Counted from the stretch's first letter, positions 1 to 10,264 are shown. The stretch is 32,414 nucleotides of DNA from Octopus bimaculoides (GCF_001194135.2 NC_068993.1:9784398-9816811); one strand, 5' to 3'. Notes: generated by a model from the sequence alone, not told the origin. Numbers and translations are program-made.

Positions 1-43
<43 letters not shown>

Positions 44-279
44 CTGTGTCTGTGTATGTACATGTTTGTGTGTCTGTGTTTGTCCCCCCAACATCGCTTG
101 ACAACCGATGGTGGTGTGTTTACGTCCCCATAACTTAGCGGTTCGGCAAAAGATACCGATAGAATAAGTACTAGACTTACAGAGAATAAGTCCTGGGGTC
201 GATTTGCTCGACTAAAGGCAGTGCTCCAGCATGGCCACAGTCAAAATGACTGAAACAAGTAAAAAAATAAGAAAGAGTA
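1..279 (+). mobile_element. SINE family A, 3' half (central microsatellite plus tail); head lies outside the window
   Basis: (TA)n/(TG)n followed by gtttgtcccccc...taacttagcggttcggcaaa...ctccagcatggcc...gactgaaacaagtaaaa, the same tail as the full copies at 10436-10845 and 22958-23340. Confidence 0.9.
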
Positions 280-461
280 ATTCTTTCCATTTGTGCACCC
301 GTTGTTAAACGTGTGAGTGCACAAGCCCTCAGCATTCAGGAAATAGTGAACCAGCTTGATTCCTTAATTTTGTCTTTCACCCAGTAAAAAATCCTGCTTC
401 CACTCCCTACAAATACCTGCTCCCGTTATTAAACGAGAAAGAAAAGACAAAAACTAAGGAT

Positions 462-794
462 GGGTGCAGGCTTGGCTGTATGATAAAGAAGCTCGCTTTC
501 CAACCACATGGTTTTGGGTTCAATCTCACCATGCATCACTTTGAATGAGTGTCTTCTATCACAGCCCAGGCCAACCAATAATTTGGCAGACAGAAACTGT
601 GGATGTCTGTTGTGTATCTATTTGTCCTCCACCTGCTTAACTGGTGTTGGTTTGTTTACGTCGCTGTAACTTAGTGGATTGGCAGAAGGGATGGATAAAA
701 TTAGCACCACATTGATCTGACTTGCCCGTTTGAGGCACTGCTCAGCCATGGCTGTTGTCCAATGGCTGAAACAAGTAAAGTGTAAAAAGATAAG
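462..794 (+). mobile_element. SINE family A, old diverged copy
   Basis: Degenerate tRNA-like head (ccaaccacatggttttgggttcaatc), gtgtcttcta core and ggctgaaacaagtaaa tail. Confidence 0.8.
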
Positions 795-1206
795 GATGGA
801 ACATAGAGAACTGTGAAGATGGCTGAGAATGTGAACTATCAAAGTAAGTATTTTACAATAGTTACAGTTTTTGCATTCATGTCTCCAGTTCAAATCCACC
901 CTAGTGGATTGGACTATCTGGGGTCCCTCTTAAATAAGGATTTGCTTTGTTCTCTTTTGTTTATAACAAACCAATACATGATCTAACATCAGAATCCTAC
1001 TGGAGCTAACGTTTACCTAACATTTATCTGCTGTGGTCAACTAAATCCACAGCCCTTAAAGAAATTACTTGGATGTTTGTCTAAGCCAGAAGAATTGCTG
1101 TTGAATAATCTGGTTAATGCAACAATCTTTTTGGAAGTTGTAACTGTTTCACAGAAATTATTTTGCTGATATTCCTGAGAAAGGCATGAATATCACCATA
1201 TCATGT

Positions 1207-1580
1207 TATCACCTCTGCCTTTGCTAAGGCGGAGGTATTGTTTTCAGTTGTGTTTGTTTGTTTGCTTGTCCGTGGACAAGATATCTCAAGAACCACTAGA
1301 TGGATTCAGATGAAACTTTTAGGGATGTTTGGCCTCATGACTGGCATGATCTGATTAGATTTTGGGATCGATCCGATACTGGACAAGGATTCTGTATTAT
1401 TTTTTCGTTTATTTTTTACTTAATTTTTGAGCGTGGTTGGGTTCATTTTTAGTATTCTTGTTTGTGAGAGCAGTCAAGTTTATTTCAGATATTCTCATTT
1501 TAATAATCATCTCTGGCTAATCATTGAGAAGACGTTGGTGTTGCCTTGGAGGAAGTTTGCACTCTCTGAGTGCTCTTGTT
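1207..1580 (+). mobile_element. Helentron/DINE-1-like non-autonomous element (HINE)
   Basis: 5' subterminal hairpin acctctgcctt-tgct-aaggcggaggt (1211-1236), a (GTTT)n/GTCC microsatellite, a degenerate 3' subterminal repeat ttggaggaagt (1546-1556), a 3' stem-loop gcactc-tct-gagtgc (1559-1573) and T-rich flanks without a TSD. This is the known HINE architecture. Confidence 0.8.
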
Positions 1581-1606
1581 TTTTCTGTATAAAATTGCAC
1601 CAAAAC

Positions 1607-1989
1607 GGAGTGGCTGTGTGCTAAGAAGCTTCCTCTCTAACCACATGATTCTAGGTTCAATTCCACTCCATTGAATGGCACCTTGGGCAAGTGTCTTCTA
1701 CTATAGCCTTGGGTCAGCCAAAGCCTTGTGAGTGGATTTGGTAGATAGAAACTGAAAGAAGCCTGTCATATAGTTATATATGTTTGTCTCCCTACCATCA
1801 TTTGACAACTGGTATTGGTGTGTGTACATTCCCATAACCTAGCAGTTTGGCAAAAGATATCGATAAAACAAGTACCAGGCTTAAAGAAAGAAATAAGTAT
1901 TAGGACCGATTCATTCAACTAAAAAGTCTTCAAAGTAGTGCCCCAGCATGGCCTCAGTCTAATGACTGTAACAAGTAAAGGATAAGATA
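1607..1989 (+). mobile_element. SINE family A, near full-length
   Basis: A-box tggctgtgtgc, B-box ggttcaattcc, ccttgggcaagtgtcttctactatagcc core and tail ending aacaagtaaaggataagata. Confidence 0.9.
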
Positions 1990-1994
1990 CTGCT

Positions 1995-2636
1995 AATCGC
2001 TATGGAATAATCTAACAAATACAACAATTAATCTTTCTCTAATTTGTGACCATTTCACAAATTATTTTGCTAATTGAGAAAAGCATAAATGTCACCATGT
2101 CATGTACATTAAAAAAATGTTATTACTATAGAATAGTTCAGAGATTAATGTGTCAAAAACCATAATTTTCTTAGGATGTGTGTTTTAAGCAGATAACAGA
2201 TGTGCATTTAAAAATAAAAAATAAAAAAGAGGTTTCTGATCCCCTTTTCTGTAATTTTCAGTTTTGAGAAATTGGAATAGTTGATAAATGAGTGGAATTG
2301 AACCAGTGTGTGTGTGTGTGTTAATTATATTGGCATGATGACTCTCGCTAGACAACAGAATTTCAGTTTTGACTTTCCTTTGAAACAAAAAATTTTTCAA
2401 ATTGATAATCTCAAATGTAGGAGCTTTTCAAAAAAGGATAAAATGTAAAAATTCAAGGAAAAGGGGAACTGAATCACATCAAAAACAAAATTTGGTAATG
2501 TAGCAGTATTAGTAAGGTAGAAGGTTAGAAATTAGCTGTGAGGGGTTAGTTCATGGAAGGCTTGAAAGTAAAGTTGACCTCAGCAGGGTTTGAACTTGGT
2601 GAGGGTTTTAGTCACTCATTTCATTAAATGTAAATT
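1995..2636 (+). repeat. Locally duplicated segment, paralogous to 10265-11250; its first ~110 bp also match 1088-1206
   Basis: Collinear shared blocks: ccataattttctt..ggatgtgt..ttaagcagataaca, ttttcagttttgacttt, ttgataatctcaaatg, tttggt.atgtagcagt, gaaag.aaagttgacctcagcagggtttga and gtgagggttttagtcac.catttcattaa. Confidence 0.85.
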
Positions 2637-2938
2637 ACCATAGACTACAACTCTCTCTCNNNNNNNNNNNNNNNNNNNNNNNNNNNNNNNNNNNNNNNNN
2701 NNNNNNNNNNNNNNNNNNNNNNNNNNNNNNNNNNNNNNNNNNNNNNNNNNNNNNNNNNNNNNNNNNNNNNNNNNNNNNNNNNNNNNNNNNNNNNNNNNNN
2801 NNNNNNNNNNNNNNNNNNNNNNNNNNNNNNNNNNNNNNNNNNNNNNNNNNNNNNNNNNNNNNNNNNNNNNNNNNNNNNNNNNNNNNNNNNNNNNNNNNNN
2901 NNNNNNNNNNNNNNNNNNNNNNNNNNNNNNNNNNNNNN

Positions 2939-3113
2939 TGCCAACCCCCGGCCCTTCTGTTTGCCAACCCCTGGCCCTTCTGTTTGCCAACCCCCGGCCC
3001 TTCTGTTTGCCAACCCCCCGGCCCTTCTGTTTTCCACCCCCATGGCCCTTCCGTTTGCCACCCCATGGCCCTTCTGTTTGCCGACCCCTGGCCCTTCCGT
3101 TTGCCACCCCCCA
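2939..3113. repeat. GC-rich minisatellite, ~23-nt unit tgccaacccccggcccttctgtt, running into an N-gap
   Basis: About 7 consecutive units are visible to the right of gap 2660-2938. Confidence 0.9.
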
Positions 3114-3235
3114 CTGGACCCCACAAGGAACACATATTGCCTACAACAGACCTAAAGGTAGTGCCCCTTTAAAAGTGCTATCCAGGTCAGATCCCCCCCA
3201 CCGTAGCTATGCTAGTGTATGTATATGGGTACCAG

Positions 3236-3605
3236 TTAAGAAACACTGGCATCGGTCACAACTATGATCTCACTTGGCTTGACAGGTCTTCTCAAGCATG
3301 GTATACTGCCAAAGGTCTCGGTCACTTATTGTCTCCATGAGGCCCAAAGTTCAAAGGGTGCTTTTTATGAGCTACCAGCACACCTGCCAGATATGCGACA
3401 CTGGACATTAGCATTGGCCACGACTATCATTTCACTCGGCTTCATGGGTCATCTCAAGCACAGCATATCGCCCAATGTTCGAATGGTGCTTTTTACATGC
3501 CACTGGCACATGTGCCAGTTACGTGACACTGGTATTGGTCACAACTGCAATTTCACTTGGCTTGACAGGTGTTCTCAAGCACGGCATAGCACCAAAGGTC
3601 TCAGT
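3236..3605 (-). mobile_element. Interspersed repeat (family D) with three internal sub-repeats; opposite orientation to the copy at 8385-8635
   Basis: acactgg..attggtcacaact..tcacttggcttgacagg..ttctcaagca occurs three times. ggtgctttttacatgccactggcac is the reverse complement of the gtgcc..aaaaagcac motifs at 8.4 kb. Confidence 0.7.
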
Positions 3606-4149
3606 GCTTTAAAATTGCTCGTGTGATATTTTTTTTAGAATGACATCATAAGGTAAGGTATAAGAGGCTGGATCTGACTGGTTTGAACAAAAAAAATAGG
3701 TAGAATGTTTGAGCCAGTTAAAGGTGAGCACTTTCACTCCTCAAATTAAAGAGCTATTAAGTTTTTTAAAAGTATTGTTGTTAAATCAGGTCAAATTTGA
3801 TAAACCTGACAAGGTAAGTCCTTGATCAGATAACATCATAGCAGAGATTTAAAAAGAAAAAACAAAAACAGGATTTGTGAGATAAAAAACAAATGTATGT
3901 TAACACCAGTGTCATAGTTTCACACTTTCTTATCAAAATGGATAAGGTGAATAGCCTTCACATGGATAGGATGCTAATGTGCTGCCTGCAACGTTCACAG
4001 AAACACCACAGTTCTAACTGAAGCTATGTATATTGTCTATAATAGTTGTTCTTAGACATATTCAAGTATTTACAGTGAAGAACAAAATAACGGTCAATGA
4101 ACTTGCAGTCAAATACCTTGTCTCTGTTGCTTCTCATCTCTTTGGCTGC

Positions 4150-4343
4150 TTCTCTTCTCATTTTCTCAATCATTCTCTCTCTCTCTCTCTCTTCATTTCT
4201 CTCATTTTCTTTCAATTTATGTTTTGTTTCATTCTGCTCTCTTCTCTCTCTCTCTCTCTCTCTCTCTTTCTGCTTTTTCCTGTTCTCTCTTTCTGCTTTT
4301 TCCTGTTCTCTCTTTCTGCTTTTTCCTGTTCTCGCTTTCATTC

Positions 4344-4388
<45 letters not shown>

Positions 4389-5002
4389 TACTCTCACATA
4401 CACACACACACACAGTCTCTCTCACTCTCTCTCTCACACCCTCTCTGCTGTTAGTCTCTCTCTCTCTCTCACTCTCTCTACTGTTAGTCTCTCTGTTACC
4501 CTCTCTCCTCTCTCTTCTCTCTCTGTCTCTCTCTCTCCTCTCTCTGTCTCTCTCTCTCCTCTCTCTNNNNNNNNNNNNNNNNNNNNNNNNNNNNNNNNNN
4601 NNNNNNNNNNNNNNNNNNNNNNNNNNNNNNNNNNNNNNNNNNNNNNNNNNNNNNNNNNNNNNNNNNNNNNNNNNNNNNNNNNNNNNNNNNNNNNNNNNNN
4701 NNNNNNNNNNNNNCTCTCTCTCTCCTCTCTCTGTCTCTCTCTCTCCTCTCTCTGTCTCTCTCTCTCCTCTCTCTGTCTCTCTCTCTCCTCTCTCTGTCTG
4801 TCTCTCTCTCCTCTCTCTGTCTCTCTCTCTCTCCTCTCTCTGTCTCTCTCTCTCTCCTCTCTCTGTCTCTCTCTCTCCTCTCTCTGTCTCTCTCTCTCCT
4901 TCCTCTCTCTCCCCTGCCTCTCTCTCCTCCCTCCCCTCTCTTCACTCCTCTCTCCCCTCCTCTCTTCCCTCTCCCCTCTCTTCCCTCTCCCTCTTCTCTC
5001 TC
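4150..5002. repeat. (CT)n-rich compound microsatellite with a 23-nt triplication (ctttctgctttttcctgttctct) and an N-gap
   Basis: Directly visible low-complexity sequence. Confidence 0.95.
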
Positions 5003-5569
5003 ATCCTTAGTGACATCTTCTAAATCTTTCCTAATCCTTAGTGACATTACCTAAATCTTTCCTAATCCATTGTGACATCTAAATCTTTCCTAATCCTTAG
5101 TGACAATTCTTGAAAATCTTTCCTAATCCTTAATGACATTATCTAAATCTTACCTAATCCTTAGTGACATTGCCTAAATCTTTCCTAATCCTTAGTGACA
5201 TTACCTAAATCTTTCCTAATCCTTAGTGACATTGCCTAAATCTTACCTAATCCTTAGTGACATTGCCTAAATCTTTCCTAATCCTTAGTGACATTATCTA
5301 AATCTTTCCTAATCCTTAGTGACATTACCTAAATCTTTCCTAATCCTTAGTGACATTACCTAAATCTTCCCTAATCCTTTGTGACATCTCCTAAATCTTT
5401 CCTAATCCTTAGTGACATTACCTAAATCTTTCCTAATCCTTTGTGACATCTAAATCTTTCCTAATCCTTAGTGACAATTCTTAAAAATCTTCCCTAATCC
5501 TTAGTGACATCGCCTAAATCTTCCCTAATCCTTAGTGACAATTCTTAAAAGTCTTCCCTAATCCTTAGT
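5003..5569. repeat. 31-nt minisatellite, 18 units plus a partial unit (atccttagtgacattacctaaatctttccta)
   Basis: Unit starts counted at 5003, 5034, 5065, 5093, 5126 and on to 5528 and 5561. There are no spacers. Confidence 0.97.
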
Positions 5570-5619
5570 TAAAAATCTTGCCTGAGTTACCTCTCTGTCT
5601 AAGCCATGCCGGCATGGAA

Positions 5620-5681
5620 AAATGAATGCTCTGTTAAATGAATGCTCTGTTAAATGAATGCTCTGTTAAATGAATGCTCTG
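5620..5681. repeat. 16-nt tandem repeat, four copies (aaatgaatgctctgtt)
   Basis: Copies at 5620, 5636, 5652 and 5668, directly after a SINE-tail-like ccatgccggcatggaaaa. Confidence 0.95.
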
Positions 5682-5769
5682 CTGATATATTTTCCATTCA
5701 GTCATACTACGGATGGTCCTTTTAAGACAGGATGGCCATGGCTGGTTTGCTTATGTGGCAGAGGTTTAT

Positions 5770-6370
5770 GGTCTCCATATAATCAATTCCATTTCACATC
5801 TGTCATTGGGAACTCCCATTTTATTCCGGCAGAAATGCAAACGAAATCTGTGACTCAGTTAAAGCTATAATCTCCATATAATCATGGAGATTTCATAACT
5901 CTCTTCCCGCCTCTGTCTCTCTCCGCCTCCTGATAAACCTTCTTTGAGAAAATGGCTGTAACCTGACACTTCTTTATTTTACCTCTCTCAATTCACAGCT
6001 GTGTCATTGGGAACTCCGAGAGATGTAAATGAAGTCTACAACCAAATCAGTTATAATCTTCACATAACAAATAACCTTTCATCTCACTCTCTCTCTCCCC
6101 CACCCCACTGCTAAACCTTCTTTGAGAAAATGGTTATACTGTGACACTGTTTTCCATTTCTCCTCTCCCAGTTCAAGGCTGCGTTGTTGGGAACTCCCAG
6201 AAATGTAAATAAAATCTGCCACCGAGTTAGTTATAATCTTCATAAAACCAAGTACATTTCATCTCTCTCTCTTTCCCACTGCTAAACCCTTCTTTGAGAA
6301 AATGGTTATACTGTGACACTGTTCCCCTTTCTCTTCTCTCATTTCCAGGCCATGTCACTGGGGACTCTCA
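5770..6370. repeat. Diverged ~170-200-bp tandem repeat, about 3.3 units
   Basis: gtcattgggaactcc-like anchors at 5802, 6003, 6183 and 6354; ccttctttgagaaaatgg occurs three times. Confidence 0.9.
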
Positions 6371-6380
6371 GTTTTATATA

Positions 6381-6587
6381 TACTCTTTTTTACTTGTTTC
6401 AGTCAGTTGACTGCGGCCATGCTGGAGCACCGCCTTTAGTCGGGCAAATCGACCCCAGCACTTATTCTTTGTAAGCCTAGTACTTATTCTATCGGTTCTC
6501 TTTTGCCGAACCGCTAAGTTACGGGGATGTCAACACACCAGCATCGGTTGTCAAGCAATGTTGCGGGGGACAAACACAGACACACAA

Positions 6588-6638
<51 letters not shown>

Positions 6639-6660
6639 CGACGGGCTTCTTTCAGTTTTC
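6381..6660 (-). mobile_element. SINE family A, young copy; head half lost in an N-gap
   Basis: Near-identical reverse complement of the tail at 70-279. Confidence 0.92.
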
Positions 6661-7269
6661 NNNNNNNNNNNNNNNNNNNNNNNNNNNNNNNNNNNNNNNN
6701 NNNNNNNNNNNNNNNNNNNNNNNNNNNNNNNNNNNNNNNNNNNNNNNNNNNNNNNNNNNNNNNNNNNNNNNNNNNNNNNNNNNNNNNNNNNNNNNNNNNN
6801 NNNNNNNNNNNNNNNNNNNNNNNNNNNNNNNNNNNNNNNNNNNNNNNNNNNNNNNNNNNNNNNNNNNNNNNNNNNNNNNNNNNNNNNNNNNNNNNNNNNN
6901 NNNNNNNNNNNNNNNNNNNNNNNNNNNNNNNNNNNNNNNNNNNNNNNNNNNNNNNNNNNNNNNNNNNNNNNNNNNNNNNNNNNNNNNNNNNNNNNTGTGT
7001 ATTGGTAGGTGGTTCATTACTTTCCTCTCTCACATTGTTACAGTCTAGTCTTCATGTAGGGGTACTGGAGTTTCTTGCAAACAATTTAACCAAAAAAAAA
7101 AAAAAAAAAACGGTACAAATCATTCAAAAAAAATTTTCATTTTATCCAGTGTAATGTATGGTATACTCTCAAACTTTTTTTTTTTCTTTTTACATGTCTA
7201 TTAGGTTTCCATTCAAGGTTGAGATTTATTCCAGTATTTCTTTAGGATAGAGAAAAACAACAAGGATAA

Positions 7270-7495
7270 GGCAGCAAGCTGGTAGAATCGTTAACCCACT
7301 GGATAAAGTGCTTATTATCATTTCATCCATTTTTACATTCTAAGTTCAAATACTGCCAAAGTAGACTTTGCCTATCACCTTTACGGGGTCAATAAAATAC
7401 CAGTTGAGCATGGTGGTGGTGGTGGTGGTGGTAGACACAATGTAATCAATTTACCCCTCCCCCAAAATTGCTGACCTTGTGCCAAAATTTAAAAC
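7270..7495 (+). mobile_element. SINE family B, old copy
   Basis: ggcagcaagctggtagaatcgtta...aagttcaaatactgcc...gactttgcct..ggggtcaataaaataccagttg. Flanked by ccagtatttctttaggat and ccaatatctctttaggat, a possible decayed TSD. Confidence 0.75.
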
Positions 7496-7768
7496 CAATA
7501 TCTCTTTAGGATGAGTTTGAAATTGTACAAAAGTTGCATTCTTGATTTGGGTAACAAAAGAAAAAAAAAAAAAATGAAAGTTGATTAGTGAAAGATAAAT
7601 AATTCGAAGCCAATGATGTGGTTGTGATATTTGTCTGGTTTTAATGTTATAGGTTACTGTAACCCCAGTTCACACATGCAGTTGAGCAAATGTATAATTA
7701 AATGCGTTTCAGTTGTGACCATGTTGTTTTCTTTCTTTTCATCTTTTTTCTGCATTTCCCCATTTCAG

Positions 7769-7783
7769 TAACCCTTTGAACTT
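7769..7783 (+). CDS. Candidate 15-nt microexon of an unidentified host gene (only phase 2 is open: x-N-P-L-N-L/F)
   Basis: A pyrimidine tract of about 40 nt ending tttcag, TGC at 7751-7753, exon TAACCCTTTGAACTT and donor GTGAGT. The length is a multiple of 3. Confidence 0.5.
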
Positions 7784-8234
7784 GTGAGTAAGGCTTTAGT
7801 TTAGTGTGATTTCATTTGACTGCACAGACGTTCAAAGGACTGGATGTTTTCTTTCTCTCTATTCTATCTTTTTTCTTTTCAAAGAAAATATTTCTCCCAG
7901 TGTTCACTATTTTCCTCTTGTTCTGGTCTGATGATCCTCCATGTTTGTTTTCGTTCGGTTTCCTTGTATGTCTCCACTATCCTGTTTTTGTTCCCAACTT
8001 TGACCCTCTATAAATCCTAAATTTTAATTTAGAATTTATAGGAGCAAATGTCTTTGAAGACTCGTATTGTTGTTGAATGCTCAAAATGAGGAGTAGATAG
8101 ACAGCCAACAACTAATGAAAGGTCATTCTCTGTGTTGTGTTTTCCTTTTTTTTCTTTCTGTTTCTGCATATTTAACTTGTTTGTTTTCGTATTTCATGTT
8201 GTTTACACAGTTGGTGACGTACTGTACCCATATG

Positions 8235-8276
<42 letters not shown>

Positions 8277-8384
8277 ATTTATATTATATAGTGGAAATTT
8301 ATAGAAAACCAAAAGATGAAGATGGATGTATGAACAACAAGCAGGTGTATTAGTTTGATGCTTGGGAAAATGAAAAAGTGCCAC

Positions 8385-8635
8385 ATAGAAATGCATTGGT
8401 ATTGGGGCCGGTGCCACATAAAAAGCACTGGTGCCAGTGCCATGTAAAACGTGCTGGTGCTGGGGTCACCTAAAAAAGCACCCTGTACATTCTGTAAAGT
8501 GGTCGGCATTAGGAAGGGCATCCAGCTGTAGAAACCAAGCTAAAACAGATTATGGAACTTTGTATGTCTCCTGGCTTTGCCAGTTCCTATCAAACCTTCC
8601 AACCCATGCCAGCATAGAAAATGGATGTTAAATGA
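8385..8635 (+). mobile_element. Interspersed repeat family D, 3' part
   Basis: gtgccacataaaaagcac sub-repeats, gtaaagtggtcggcattaggaagggcatccagctgtagaaac and tail ccaacccatgccagcatagaaaatggatgttaaatgat. Confidence 0.75.
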
Positions 8636-8784
8636 TATAATGTTTTAAATTATGGCACAAGGCCAATGATTTTATGTCTCTGTGATTATTTGATTTAAAT
8701 TGATCCCAACACTTGACTGGTACTGTATATTTTGCCACCTCAAAAGGATTAAAGGTATAATTAATCTTGGCAGGATTTATCCTG

Positions 8785-9004
8785 TTAACATTTAATCTAG
8801 CCATGTCTGGCCCTGATATATTTACCTGTTTCATGTTAAGACTTGCCAAGTGCAGCTCTGCACATCTATCCTATAATACCGTTGTGAAAATAAACAATTG
8901 TCATTGAAATCTCAAGCCTATGAGATAATGATATGATTAATTCAAGACCATGTCAGTAAATAAGCATTACATTGGACTGAGTAATCCGAGTGGTCAAGAG
9001 TTAA
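8785..9004 (+). mobile_element. TTAA-flanked piggyBac-like MITE type 1, diverged copy
   Basis: Collinear with 9001-9504 and 20311-20538 (gccatgtctggcc...ttacctgttt...gaaatctcaa...taaataagcattaca) and ends in gagTTAA. Confidence 0.65.
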
Positions 9005-9504
9005 TCCTTTTGCATTCAAACCAGCCATATCCGGCCTAAATATTCTACCTGTTTAATGTTCAAACCAGCCAGACCTGGCCTCACCCTTTTACCTGTGATG
9101 TCATTCTAAAACTGAACAATCATAATTGAAATCTTGATAGTTAAGACACAATGCTTGATTAATTTAAAACAGTGGTTCCCAAAGTGGGTAGTATTTTCCC
9201 CCCAGGGGGTGCTAGAAAGTTCCAGGGGTCCTTGAAGAAAAGTGGGGTGATAATGGGGTAGCGATTTGTGTAAAAAGAACAAAATAATGGGTTCATTAGG
9301 TTAAGTTTTATTTGTGAAATACAGTTGCTTTGAATTTGCTTCAGAAAGAAGTTTATGTTGGTGATGGTTAGTTGGGGTGGGGGCGCTAAGAATGTGGCCT
9401 ACGTGTCAAGGGGGCGGCAGCCTGTAAAAGTTTCGGAACCATTGATTTAAAACAGTGTGGGTAAATAAGCATTACACTTGATAATCCAAATGCTAAAGGG
9501 TTAA
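9001..9504 (+). mobile_element. TTAA-flanked piggyBac-like MITE type 1, interrupted by a hAT element
   Basis: TTAAtcctttt...aaagggTTAA termini; the body matches 20311-20538. Confidence 0.8.
9170..9444. mobile_element. hAT-type non-autonomous element with a perfect 8-bp TSD
   Basis: Termini cagtggttccc...ggaaccattg; TSD atttaaaa at 9162-9169 and 9445-9452. An 8-bp TSD with CAG termini is diagnostic of hAT. Confidence 0.88.
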
Positions 9505-9751
9505 ACACAGAGTAAAGTGCTGGAAGAAATGCCACTGAACATTTTGTCCGATGTGCTAACGATTCTGCCTGTTCACCACATTAATGCAGTAATGTCCGTT
9601 CGAATGGAACAGCCATGTTGAAATGGTGACAAACATGACTTAATACCAAGTTATTTTATTAAATTCTTTATTTTGAAAATTAAATGACACAAAAACAGAA
9701 TATTTCAACAGAGATGTGATAATAAAAGGATTAAGATATTTGTTCTTCACC

Positions 9752-9979
9752 TTAACCCTTTTGTTACTAATCCACCATCAAAATTCCATGTTAATTCCAT
9801 GACTCTTTTTTGTTACCATATTTCCATTGAAATATGCTGTCCTTGTTTCAATTAATATTGAAAATAACGGATTCAGTAAAATAACCTTCAAGTTAAGCTG
9901 GATTTGGAACATACAATTAACATAAGATTTTGATTCAGAGCTTAAAACAGCAAGTTTGTATAATTGATGTGAAGGTTAA
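9752..9979 (+). mobile_element. TTAA-flanked MITE type 2
   Basis: TTAAcccttttgttac...gaaggTTAA; the body matches 22052-22317. Confidence 0.75.
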
Positions 9980-10260
9980 CCCATTACCTCCCATAATTCT
10001 ATTAACTGGAATTTTTTTATGAAACTTTGATTTCTAGCATAAAACAAGCTTAGAAACACACTGGAATGATCAAAATAACATTTCAAATAGAAATAAGCGA
10101 GATATTGGGTGAAAAATTAGCAAACCTCATTTGAATATCAGAGAAATATACCTAGTAGATATAGCAAAAAGGTTAGATATGTGTAAATATTGACAGATAA
10201 TTACGAAATTTGTAATTTTTAAGTGATCTCATATGAGATCACTGGTAGGTAATGAGTTAA
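9976..10260. mobile_element. TTAA-flanked MITE type 3 with a subterminal 22-bp palindrome
   Basis: ttaacccattacctccc versus ggtaggtaatgagttaa (15/17 inverted match); perfect palindrome agtgatctcatatgagatcact at 10222-10243. Confidence 0.82.
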
Positions 10261-10264
10261 TAAC

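Noticed and set aside
795-850. ATG...MAENVNYQ followed by donor GTAAGT; similarly VKFDKPDK|GTAAGT near 3791-3811
   Set aside because: Strong donors but no credible acceptor or promoter; the first abuts a SINE tail.
4024-5047. Long ORFs of 137-325 aa (RE-, SL- or LS-rich), including an apparent AAG|GTATTT donor near 4117 on the minus strand
   Set aside because: These are translations of (CT)n/(GA)n microsatellite and N-gaps; internal repeat lengths are not multiples of 3 and no acceptor is present.
5003-5569. CRISPR-like regular ~31-nt periodicity
   Set aside because: Units are head-to-tail with no unique spacers, there are no cas genes, and the context is eukaryotic.
7880-8015. Minus-strand open frame RVKVGNKNRIVETYKETERKQTWRIIRPEQEENSEHWEKYFL*
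   Set aside because: It is the complement of plus-strand pyrimidine tracts, has a weak acceptor, and shows no recognisable homology.
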